Origin: Curvularia clavata
Taxonomy: Eukaryota
Assembly (NCBI GenBank): GCA_023920165.1
Contig: CP089275.1
Location: 1,178,001 to 1,242,000 of the forward strand
Length of the DNA stretch: 64,000 nt
Direction: 5' to 3'
Positions 12,591 through 23,868 of the stretch are shown piece after piece (the stretch's first letter is position 1; the number at the start of each line of letters is the position of its first letter). The position numbers and the translations under genes were made by a program. The notes beneath the pieces were generated by a model. The model did no database searches. It was not told the DNA's origin and worked only from the letters and a program-made list of their open reading frames with translations.

Positions 12591-13127
12591 ATGAAACTCC
12601 TTATCTCTACTCTTCTCTTAAGCGCCGTAACCCTTGTTAATGCATGTATCCGCATTCACACCCAGCATAGCCAAAGCCCTTGGCCCGAAAAGGACGGTCT
12701 GACTATCGAGCTTTACGACGATGAAAACTATTATCAGTGTCCAGGCTGCGTGTGGGAATCGTATTCAGATCAACATTGCAAGGTGCAATGTGCCCATTAC
12801 ACTATTGAGATGTATGATTATGGCCGTGGAGGACGGGTGACCAACAATAAGATTGGGTACACAGCTGAAGTATCGGTCAAGAAGCGGGAGGAGGCACACT
12901 ATTGCTGCTTGATCAATGGGCTTGGGACTTGCAGGGGTAACTGCCAGTATTGGGACACCTGTAATTGGGATTGGAATACATCCCACAATTGCGACAAGTA
13001 CCGCTGCGGCTTGTGCCCTGGTGGAAAGCAGTTCTGTGGGCCGGATAAGAAGAGAAGGGACTTTCTTATCAGCGACGAAGTTGGTAATACTACCACTCAC
13101 CTCGAGAATGAGAAGGCTCTCAGTTAG
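12591..13127 (+). CDS. Small secreted cysteine-rich protein (178 aa, 14 Cys), candidate effector
   Basis: Signal peptide MKLLISTLLLSAVTLVNA; intronless intact ORF; TATATAAA about 80 bp upstream; KKRR dibasic site before a short C-terminal tail. Confidence 0.85.
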   Translation: MKLLISTLLLSAVTLVNACIRIHTQHSQSPWPEKDGLTIELYDDENYYQCPGCVWESYSDQHCKVQCAHYTIEMYDYGRGGRVTNNKIGYTAEVSVKKREEAHYCCLINGLGTCRGNCQYWDTCNWDWNTSHNCDKYRCGLCPGGKQFCGPDKKRRDFLISDEVGNTTTHLENEKALS

Positions 13128-13186
13128 ACAGCTGCCGGATAGGACATATTGCTACAGATCTAAGAATATTGGGACTTCCGATTGTC

Positions 13187-13311
13187 TGTTACACAGAGTT
13201 GGGCTGTACTTCCCTAAGACTCAATCTAGATTAGGGCGAGTTAGCAGCTAGCTGTAGGCCGTATAATTTGTTACACGGGGTTGGGTTATACTTCCCTATA
13301 ACTCGATCTAG
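13187..13311. repeat. Degenerate 43-bp direct repeat, 2 copies
   Basis: 13187-13229 vs 13269-13311: 36/43 identical by hand alignment, and 6 of the 7 differences are transitions. Confidence 0.8.
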
Positions 13312-13390
13312 TTAAAATAAATTAGGAACTTAGCAGTAAGGTATATAATTGCCAAGTAATTTATATAAAAAAGGGTTATAGATATTGAAC

Positions 13391-13746
13391 TATGACGTGT
13401 CTTAAAAAACCTTATCTAACTAACGCGCTAGAAAGCGCTCCCGACGCGACTGCAAAGTATGTAAATTTTAAGCGTCTTAATTAGCTAGAAGAGTGAAATA
13501 TAGTTAAGCGTATTCTTTAAGAGTCTACACGAGGATTTGCGCCTATAAAAACTATCGTTCAAGTAATAGCTGATAAACTATTATAAAAGCAGGAGAATAA
13601 CCCTGCTAGCAAAAACTAGGCTAATAACTCTACCAAGCGAACTTCTGAGCTCCGTACACGCTAGAGCCGTCTATGTAATTACTAGCAAGCTACCTATAAG
13701 AATCTAGTAGCTATTTAGCGCTAGTTTGACTTAATCTAGGCTGTGA
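13391..13746 (+). mobile_element. RIP-degraded Fot1/pogo-type (Tc1/mariner superfamily) transposase fragment, N-terminal HTH region
   Basis: Reads YDVS*KTLSN*RARKRSRRDC, then after a frameshift KRLN*LEE*NIVKRIL*ESTRGFAP...ADKLL...NPASKN*ANNSTKRTSELRTR*SR...AI*R*FDLI. This fits the HTH_psq/CENP-B-type region of fungal pogo transposases (GKNW, ELRTRWSR, WF). Confidence 0.8.
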
Positions 13747-13773
13747 TAGACGGGCTCTATTAAGCCTCGCACG

Positions 13774-14924
13774 CAGGTGGCCACCATCATATATTCTCAG
13801 ATGCAAAAAGGCCAAAACTTAGCAATTAGTTAGTATGTTTGCTGCTGAATTCTACCTTGATTTCTACTGACCGACATACTTGAACTTGTGGACTGTTATG
13901 ATCGCTGTTATGCTTACATAGTAAGCTTAAGACGTCAGGTAAATTGTAATTTTAAGCTTAACCCTATTTAGCTGGCTTAGCGATTAAGATTATGTTAGCA
14001 CTGCTAATTAGTGTATTAGATACGGAGGTACTAAGCCGTATGGCGATTACGTATAAATCTGTTTACTGACCAGCTCTTACTGCTAGTAAGTAGGCTTGGA
14101 CAATTCTATTGAATATCTAGACGTATATAGAAGCAGTAGATGCGTTGCGATGGATAGAACTAATAGTAGTAGTTGTATAACTCGTGAGGCGTATTATTGA
14201 AATAAAGTAGGTGTCTTTGCATATCTAGAGGGAAGGTATCTGCACGATTGTAATTTTTGTATTGGTAGGTATATATTAACTTAGTATTGTAAATTATAAT
14301 ATAATTATTATATTATATTTTAGTATTATTCTATAAAAGATTAGCTATTCAAATTAGTTGTTTTTGTTCTTGTAGCTCTACATTTGATGTAGCTATTAAC
14401 TGCCGAGTATTTTAAGTATTTCTCCGCTTTCTTATCTAGATATAAGACGTCATTATTCTATATTTTAGATCTAGCTTGCTTAGCAAGCTAGATTATAAAG
14501 ATTTTAGTCTATAATAAAATCTTATAAATCATAAAAAAGATAAAAAACTAATCTAATTATACTTTAGTCTAGTAGTTGATTTGAAATCAAGATAGGAAAT
14601 AGACGCAGCGCCTATCTCCGTTAGTTGTCTATAAAAGACGCTGACTGTCTATAGTTATTTGACAACCTAGCTCCAATATATCTACTTATTACCTACATTT
14701 TGACCACTTACTAGATATTTTATATCTATTTCTCACCTCTTAATAAGCTATTTTAGTTAATTAAGAAAGTTATCCTATTTACCTACCTACAACTTTCTTA
14801 CAAGTATTAACTCTAGTAGTTATATACTTTAGTAGGTTAATATTATTTTTACGATAGTTGCAGGTTATGATATTACTATAAAGTTAAAGTACCTGTAATT
14901 TTGTTCGTTATGGTGGCTATTCTG
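13774..14924. mobile_element. Very AT-rich RIP-like relic, possibly a degenerate TIR element
   Basis: Visibly TpA-rich and CpA/TpG-poor with no ORFs. Imperfect inverted ends CAGGTGGCCACCAT (13774) and ATGGTGGCTATTCTG (14910-14924). No target-site duplication seen. Confidence 0.4.
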
Positions 14925-15461
14925 TTACGAAGGGATGTACGTTATATATGTTTTTTTTGTCAATATGCAACAATGCCTCGTGTCTCGAACAAGCTTCCAT
15001 GAATTTTCATCGAACAGTGAACTATATATGTATTCTTTTCATTTCCCTATTCTACAAGTGTGCGTGTATATATACCTAAACGATCATTTTGTGCCCTTTC
15101 TCACACCCTACCTTACGCCTTGCTTTTTCCCGCTCAAAAACCCCCGCTGTAGCGCGATGCATACACAAGACACAATGCTGCACGGCAAAGCCCTCCCAAA
15201 ACAAGGCGACTGCAAGATTTTCCGCCTCGTAATTGAGATGAATAAACAACGGTAAATAGGCTTACACAATCATCAGAGCTTTCCTCCCAAAAATCTCGAA
15301 TCACATGTTCTATATCCAACAGACGTCGTAGACAACAAGCTAGACAACATACCACAATATCGACAATGACGAAAACCCGAAAAAAAAATCTTCGCTAAAA
15401 CACATTACACAGACATACCAACACACGAAGTTAGATACAAACGACTTTTGCGCCTTTTTGA

Positions 15462-17683
15462 TTACCTGCCATATGTACCCTTTTCGAAGTCTTGTTGGTA
15501 CATTTCACCATCATCGTCGTCATGGACGTTGCTTCTTAGACGAGGACTCTGAGACTGGGTGTTCCGTGAGTAGGCAGCTGTGGGCACATGTGGCTCGTAG
15601 GCGGGACTCTCGGTACGCGGTAACCAGTCGTCGTCGGTGTAGCGGGGCGGAGCGGTACCAGCATCAGGGTGACCTGTACCGGAGACTAGGCGGTCGTCGT
15701 CGTCCTCATCGCTGGCGCGGCTGATGATGGGGATGAGGTTGGCGGAGTCGCCTTTGACAAGGCCAAGGCGCTCTTCTTCAGTGGCGGTGGCAATGCCTGA
15801 TTTGGTGTCGCGGCTGGTCCTCCGGCTGTGGCGGCTGGTGGGGCGGTGTTTGCTGGCGGAGATGGAGGACGAGGACTCGCCGGTTGAGTCTGCGCGGTTG
15901 CGTCCAAAGACGTTTTGGAAGGAGAATTGGCGCCTAGCCATGGGTCCTGCGGATCTTGGGGGAGCCAGCGAGGGGGACTCGGCGCCGCTATGGCGAGATG
16001 GAGGCGAGGCGAATTGGATATGCGAATCAATCGGTTTGTAGGAAGTGTCCTGCGTCATCATGCTTTTCTTGTACGATGCACCGTCGGATTCATGATCAGA
16101 GATGGCATCGGCTTGCGGAATGGGTGGTAAATTGGTCATGCCCATACCAGGGGCAGGCGGTGCATGTCCACTGTCGCGACTACTAGTCGATTTGCCCCGC
16201 GAGCGTAATCGCTGAAAGAAACCCGGGTGGAAGCTGTCATTATCGTCGTCGGAATCATCAAGCGGAAACTGCGACATTCCAAGCGGAGGGTGTACAGATT
16301 TGGTGTGTACGATGGTGGTGCTGCGGGTTGGCGGCCGATTGGGGTCGATGACAGTCTTTCGCCTGCGGATACCATCAAACTCAACCTGCTCGCCTTCGCC
16401 AATGGGCTGCATGTGCTCTTCCTGGATTCTGCGAGCCTCGGAAAGCTCCTTGTGAGATCGGGCTTTGGAAAAGGTCCTGAGAATAGCGGCACCGCCACGA
16501 AGGGTATCAGCACGTGGCTCGTACTCTGGCTCCTCGACTTCGGCGACTGTGCGGACCTGGTCGAGATCACCTTTGAAGACAGCCGAGTCTGGAACGTCCT
16601 TGGCTGACTTTGATAGTTGCAGCAACACGACTCCGGCGCAGATTTGAAGGAAGCCCATGATAACGGTCAGAATCTGAAGTGGCGTGCCCTTGAAACCCTG
16701 AAACAAGACGGCCGAGGTGACAATGGTAGCAGATGTGAAGAAGACATAGTATGTCGGTGTTACTAGCGCAGCGTTGAACAGATTCAAGGCTTTCTGGGCA
16801 AAGCTTAGCATTGGTCACGGGCCAAGGGGTGGGTGGGTGACTTACGTTGAGATAGATGATCTCTGTCAGAAGGGTCGCTACTACAAACACGAGCAGCACG
16901 TAAAGGAACCATTCCTTGAACTGGCCACCATATGTTCCAGACGCCTGGGCTACGACAGCGGCACCGAGACCTTGGGTTGCGACAACACTCAGACCTCCTA
17001 TCAGACTGCAGATGGTGATGTAGACCATCATGGTCCGCTTCCCGTACTTGGGGCCAAGCCAGAGGGCGATTACGACACAGGCGACAATGACGACGCCCGC
17101 ATAGCTGAGGAAACCAGGGGTAAGGACCCATTTCTTCATGTCCTGAATGCGTGCGACGGACGATTGTTCGGGAGCGTTGACGGCAATGACGACGGAACCG
17201 ATGATGCAGTTGAAGCAGCCTACTTTTCCAACGAAACTCAGACGTTCTTTCAAGAAGATTTCGGAGAGAATGGCGCAGACGACGACGGACAGTGCGCCCA
17301 TGGGGGTGACAAGAATGGCATCGGTGAAAGCATATGCGACCAAATTACTGCACCCAAGTTAGTGATGCAGTTCTGAAGAGCGTGGTGAGAAGCGCCATGT
17401 ACCATATTTCTCCAACAATCATGAGTGTCATGCCAAGCCACCACCAGGCGTTCTTGAGGTAGCCGTACCCCTCGCCTGCTTCTTCATTGTACTTTTTGTT
17501 GGCCTGCAACAGGCCATGCTTCTTGATGACGAACGAGGTGCCGATGAAGACTCCGGACGAAATGGCCAAGATCAGACCAATGATTTTGTAGGATGATGGG
17601 CGGCTGGCTGTGTCGCCGCCGATGCCGCCAGAGCGGGCGTGGAGTTGGTGGGCGGCATGGAGGAGGTGCGCAGTCGAGTCCAT
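15462..17683 (-). CDS. NIPA-family (DUF803) magnesium transporter, 3 exons
   Basis: Motifs IGLILAISSGVFIGTSFVIKKHGL, YLKNAWWWLGMTLMIVGEI, AYAFTDAILVTPMGALSVV and KALNLFNAALVTPTYYVFFTS, followed by a long disordered C-terminal tail. Confidence 0.95.
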
Positions 17684-18473
17684 GGCGGGCGGTGCGGTTG
17701 CGCAGGGTCAAGTGTTGGCGCACCAGATATGTGTGAGTTGGGAGCGCAGCCTATGGCGGCAACATGAAGGGTGTATGTTCTGGTGCGGGCCTCGGCGGCA
17801 GTGTGCACGAGGCTGCACGTGGAGGGGCGCTGGAGGCTGTGCAGCGTGGTTGACGTTTTGGGAAGTGTGTTTTGGATGAGAGTCTGGCCAGAGGACAAAG
17901 CGGCGGAGGGCAGGAGGGCAGGAGGACAGGAAGGCACGACTGCACAAAGGGAAGTCGCAGAGGCGGCGAGGGAAAGAGCAATGGACTGTTGTTGGCACAA
18001 GGAAGGCGCAGGCGCAGGCGCAGGCGCAATCTCAGTCTCAGTCTCAGGCGTCGTCTTCAGCTGCGGCTTGCTGGGTGCGTAGTCGCAGGCGTGGAGCAGG
18101 CGGATGGCCTAGATGCGCGGGTGATTGGACGTGGCCTCGTGCGTGTATACGACGCCCGTTGGAGACTCAGCCGACCGTTTGGCGACAGTGCGGGCACGGG
18201 GCGGTTGGAGTGTGGGAATTGCGAGTGCAGAATGTAACCAGACGACAGTGGATGCGACAGCACCGCTGGCATGTTTACCACCCGTTTCACACCCGGGCCA
18301 TCAACATGTTATTATCGGCCCTGGCTGGGTTGGCTGGCTGCAGGGGCAACAGCCGCCAACCATGGGTACGAGAGTGGGCTTGAGACGTCACCGGGCAGGC
18401 CATGCCTAAATCGTCCGTAGCCAAAAGCTGCACCAGGACAACACCACCCCCAGCCATTTCTCTGTGCCTGGCC

Positions 18474-20863
18474 ATGGCCGTTGACATCACCAACCCCCCC
18501 GACGTCTTTGCCGCTGCCAGCGTGGCCCAGATCCATGCCGCCCTCGGCCAATTGCACGACCACGAGGCCGCCGTGACGCAGCAGCTCAACGCCCTCGTCG
18601 CCTCCCAGAAAGACCTCTCCCGTGAACTCGGCCGCCTCGATCTGCTGCGCGCCCACCTTGGCACCCAAGCCGTCAACACGCGCGCCATCAGCAATGGCAT
18701 GCTCTCGGATGCTGCCTCCACCGCCAGCCGCATATCGAGCGCCGTCAAGCGCCTCGACCAGGAGCAGTCCAATGTAAAGGCGACGTTGCAGGTAGTCGAA
18801 CAAGTCGCCGAGCTCAAGGCCTGTGTCCTGGGCGTTCATGGCTCCATGGGTGCCCCTCAAGACTGGGAGACGGCTGCGGGGTACCTCAGTCGCGCCGCAA
18901 AGATACCCGACGACGTTGTAGACGGCAGCTTTGCAGAGGAGATTGTGCCCACCGCTGAGGTGCCAGACCCCCCGCGCGTCACGCTCAATGCGGCTGCCGA
19001 GTCGCTGTGTGGCCTCTTCCTGCGCGAGTTTGAAAAGGCAGCCAAAGACGGCGACGGGTCCAAGGTGACACGCTTCTTCAAGCTGTTTCCCTTGATTGGA
19101 AGGACAGACGTGGGCTTGGATGCCTACGGCCGATACGTGTGTCAAGGTGTGGCCTCTCGGGCGCGCGCAAACTTCAATGCCGCCTCGCCCGCCCAGAGGA
19201 ACGAGGGTTTCTTCTACGGCAATACCATCACTAAGCTCTTTGAGCACATTGCCCAGATTGTAGACGGACACGAGCCACTAGTAGAGCGCCATTACGGTCC
19301 CGGCATGATGCAAAAGGTGATTGAGCGTCTGCAGATTGAGGCCGATGTGCAAGGCGGCATTGTGCTCGACACATGGCATGAAGAACGCCACATTGATCGC
19401 AAACTGACTGATATCAAATCATATGCTTTTTCTTTCTTGGTCTCAAGCTTCCTCCCATCTCAGAAGCCTTCATCGGCAAACCCTCGCTCAAGCTCACCAG
19501 CTAACGGCGGGGTGCGCACAAGTGAAGATGAAGGTGTCGATATGAAGGAGATTGACGGCCTGCTTGGAGAGGGCGCCCTTATCTTGGGGCGTTATGCTCT
19601 GTATACTCGCTTCATCTCTGACAAGTGTGCAGTAAGTCCAACTTGCAGCCATCGTGACCCACTTACTCATGCATACAGCCCGCCGAACCTGAAGAGCACA
19701 TTGACTATGGCTTGGTAATGCCCAATTTCTTAGCCACTAGTAACCTTCACAAAAAGATCAACAGCCATCTTATCGAGCCCATCAACGCCATGACGACCTT
19801 TTTCTTCCGCCGATCGGTCGAGAAGGCTTTTCAGCTAGACGAGTCGCCATCAGACCTAACCCTGAATCCAAACAAGCCCCTTGGATCCAACCCCCCATTT
19901 ATAACATCGGCTGTTGACGACGTCATGTACATTGTCAACCAGGTCTTGCAGAGGACACTTGCGACATCGCAACGAGCAGTTGTGGCTAGCGTAGTGCCTG
20001 CCGTGAGCCATATCCTGGGTGCCGAATTCATCGGCATGATACAAAGAAAGATGCGAGATGAGAGCTATCCCAAGCCCGTCATACAGGGCGGATTGCCTCC
20101 CGAGAACAAGGTCATTGCGTTTTTAGTTTTGATCAACAATCTCGACGTTGCCAACGACTATGTCAAACGTATTGTACAGCAGCAGCTGCGTACACAACCG
20201 CAACCCGGTCAGGAAGATGCTCACTCTCCCTTGCAAGACCTTTTTCCCTTTGGTCATGATGCCACCTTTGTTGAAAATACACTCAAAGCAATGGAAAAAT
20301 CGTTTGCAGCCAAGAGCGGCGACCTGCTCAACGATGGCATCACTGTTCTCTTTTCCAACGTCCTCAAGCCCCGCATCAAGCCTATTCTAGCCGAGGCATT
20401 CAGGGATGTCAGGTACAATTATGATGCGGATGCAACCGAGGATGACGACGTTGAAGAGGGTGATATTGTCAAGGCACGTTTCGATCGCGGTTGGGGCGTC
20501 GTGATTCGGCCCATAAAACGTATCCTTACCTCCGCAAACTTTGAACGTCTTCTTGCCCTCGGCCTCAACTACCTCGCGTATGCACTGGAAAAACGCATCA
20601 AGGGCTTCTACGGCCGAGTCAACGAGCTGGGCGCTGTTCGACTGGAGCGCGACGTCGCAGGTATCATCACTGCTGCTACAACAGGCGGAGCCTATTCGCT
20701 TCGCGATGCATTCCAAAGGTGTACGCAGATGACTTTGATTTTGAACATGGAGGATGATGAGTTTGAGCAAATGGCTGCTGCTGATGCCACGGGTGAATCG
20801 GGTATAACGTGGGTTCTTGATGCCGAAGAGAGGAAGGGAGTGCGAGCCATGTTGAAGCGATAG
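18474..20863 (+). CDS. COG4: Conserved oligomeric Golgi complex subunit 4, 2 exons
   Basis: Motifs VAELKACVLGVHGSMGAPQDWE, RFFKLFPLIGR, FFRRSVEKAFQLDE, SAVDDVMYIV and NELGAVRLERDV. Intron near 19632-19678. Confidence 0.93.
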
Positions 20864-21603
20864 TGGAATTTATGAACTTAGACTCTAACGCTTGTAGCGG
20901 ACTTGAAGTATGGCTCTCCTTCACAAATACATGGTTGATGTGAAATAACATCGCTACATGAGGTATAGGTGGGCTTCCTGCCTCTCCTTCTGATCAGTAC
21001 CCTAGATGCGAACAATACTCTGAACTAACACACTACCTATCCCACACCTTATCCTGGCTCCTAGTCCTTCAGAAAGCAAACACCAGTATTTTTCACCCCT
21101 TGACCTCACATAAGCCATGAATCCTTTGTTAAAGCGAACATAGCGTGGCTTCCTCCCTGGTGCTGATTTCGTAGAACGCGCAGTGGGAGGAGACACTGTA
21201 AAGAATAAGGGTTTATGAGCAGATGGCTACAATAACATGTGATAACATATTCGCTATACCTTTTAATTGTACCGCAACGTACACCATTCGCCAATACAAA
21301 CTATCCCACCTACCAAAAACACTATTCCAACCAAGCTTTCCCCACCTTCCCGTATTCGCAAAGGATTTATATTGTCATCTAACGCCTTGGATCCAGGCCC
21401 GACCCCACTGCTGGAATCTCCATCCGCCTTTGCCGAAAAGGCGTGTGACCGAGCCCGGCTTGGCCGAACTTTAAGCTTTGGCTGGCAAATACAAACAGAG
21501 CTCGCAGTAATACGTGTCTTCCACGATCATCATCTTCCATATGCATTCAGTCTAACTTGCTTTTTTTTCGCGTCTACGCCACTCCCGTACGTCTGCTTGC
21601 GCA

Positions 21604-23249
21604 ATGCGGCCCTCATTCGCAGGCTTTGCCTCGCTTCTGCTAGCGCCCCTGGCAACCGCCCAATGCCCCCTCTACCAGAACTATGCCATGTACCGCCATG
21701 AACCCTTCTCTACGGGCAGATACAGCCTTAGTTATGCGAGACCCATTGTGCCGTGTAGGACGTTTCATGCGCCAGAGGTCGAGGAGACGATTGAGAGGTT
21801 GCGCGATGTGATTAAAGACCCTGATTTGTTTAGGGTATGACTAGCTTATGCTTATTGTTGGAGTACAACATGTTTATACTGATGCGTCTGTAATAGCTCT
21901 TTGAGAACACCTGGCCGAGTACGTTGGATACTACCGTTGCCTGGCGAGGAAAGTCGAACAATGCCAGTGATCTCGGTAGGCTAGACGGGCCTCAGATGAG
22001 CCGCAAAGCTGAGGAATTGGCCTTTGTCATTACGGGTGATATCGAGGCTATGTGGCTCCGCGACTCTGCCAACCAGCTTCAAGCCTACATTTCCGTGCTG
22101 AAGGCGAATTCCAGCGAAGCCAGCCTTGCAAGTTTGTTCCGTGGCGTCATCAACTTGCAAGCAAGGTACATACTTGGAAACCCCTTTTGCAACGCTTTCC
22201 AGGCACCAGATGAGAGCGGGATACCTCAACGTAGCAGCAAGAATGACGACCGCATCACTCCGCCCTACGACTACTACAAAGTCTTCTCCTGTCAATGGGA
22301 GTTGGACTCTGTCGCGTCTTTCCTGCAACTCTCCACCGACTACGTGACCGCAACCCGCGACTACGACTTCTTCCAGACCTCTAGCAACTGGACCAAAGCC
22401 GTCGAGCTAATCCTAGACACAGCCGAAAGCATGATGATTGACAGCTACACCGAAGACGGCGAATGGCAACACACACCATATACCTACTGTGCCCCCTACG
22501 GCGGCACGCCCATCAACGACTGCAACGGGAGCCCACACCGAGGCAACCTCGGGCTCGTCCGCTCATTCCACCGCCCCAGCGACGACGCCTGCACATACCA
22601 GTACCTGATCCCCTCCAACATGATGTTCTCGTCAGCCCTCAACTCCTCTTCCGAAATCATGTCGCGCCTGGAATCCTCCTCCTCTTCCTCGTCTTCGCGC
22701 AACCTAACCACACGCATGCAAGAAATGAGCACGGGCATCAACCGGGGCATAGAAAAATACGGTCTCGTATCCGACCCGCAATACGGCAAAATCTACGCCT
22801 ACGAGGTTGACGGCTACGGCGGCGCAAATATAATGGACGACCCTAACGTTCCTTCTTTACTTTCTGCGCCCTGGATCAAGTACACGACTGTAAATGACCC
22901 CGTGTATAAAAATACTAGAAAGAAGGTCCTGTCGAGAGATAATCCCTACTATGCGGTTGGACCCGACATCACCGGCGTAGCGAGTCCGCATACGCTTCCT
23001 GGAAAACCTTGGCCCATGGCGCTCATCATGGCGATTTTGACGTCCGAGGATGACGAGGAAATTAAGAGGAATTTGAAGTGGTTGGTGCAGAGTACGGATG
23101 GATTGGGCTTGATGCATGAGAGTGTGAATGCGAGGGATGCGGAGCTCTGGTCAAGGGCATGGTTTAGTTGGGCGAATGGATTGTTTGGACAGATGATTTT
23201 GGATTTGGAGAAGAGGAGGCCGCATATTTTGGAAATGTCGTTTCAGTAG
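21604..23249 (+). CDS. Secreted glycoside hydrolase family 125 (DUF1237; exo-alpha-1,6-mannosidase-like)
   Basis: Signal peptide, then DPDLFRLFENTWPSTLDTT, ITGDIEAMWLRDS, WELDS, FHRPSDD, YAYEVDGYG...MDDPNVPSLLS and WFSWANGLF. One intron near 21835-21896. Confidence 0.93.
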
Positions 23250-23457
23250 TTGAGGTCGATTTTTTTTACTAGCGTTTAGATTTGCATGGGTGAATTAGAT
23301 GCTCTTTGTTAATGGAATAAGCGGACGAAATTGCAACCCTAGTGCAATTTCCGTCTGATCATTATCCGGAGGAATGGTGAAAAAAAATTGAAATTTTGGC
23401 ACCTTCAACACCACGGCAACTGACGACGGCCAGAGGAGACGCAAAAGCAAAAAGAAT

Positions 23458-23546
23458 TGACTCGGCCGAGGTTCGAACTCGGGACCTTTCGCGGTCCTTC
23501 ACATTGAATGTGAGGCGAACGTGATAACCAACTACACCACCAAGCC
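23458..23546 (-). tRNA. tRNA-Val(CAC) with a ~15-nt intron
   Basis: GGCTTGG acceptor pairs with CCGAGTC. D arm TGGTGTAGTTGGTTATCAC. Anticodon arm TTCGC-CTCACA-[TTCAATGTGAAGGAC]-C-GCGAA. T arm CCGAG TTCGAAC CTCGG. Oligo-T Pol III terminator downstream. Confidence 0.93.
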
Positions 23547-23868
23547 AGTTTGATGTCTTTGGGAAAAATTTTGTTCATAATAATCTTGATATTTCTCGAG
23601 GCGCGAAGACCAACCCAACGTCTGGTTCCTCTTTCTGGAAGATTTGACATCCTAAACACACGAACTTGGCGCCGTGTAACAGTGTTTCTTGAAGACCCAC
23701 GATAGTCTGGACCCATAACCGCCATGTAAGCAACTAGTGCTGGAGATGATATTGGCAAGGCGTCCCACGTTACAGCGGGTCCCGAGGTCTGGATAAAAGG
23801 TACCTATTTAAGGTCAGCATCCATCTTACCAATACATTTACCCCCTCATTTCCTTTTAATCGCCCACC

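Noticed and set aside
18312..19271. 319-aa minus-strand ORF
   Set aside because: Antisense to COG4 in GC-rich coding DNA.
23324..23355. Hairpin GACGAAATTGCA...TGCAATTTCCGTC between GH125 and the tRNA
   Set aside because: Single short inverted repeat with no further support for an element or RNA gene.
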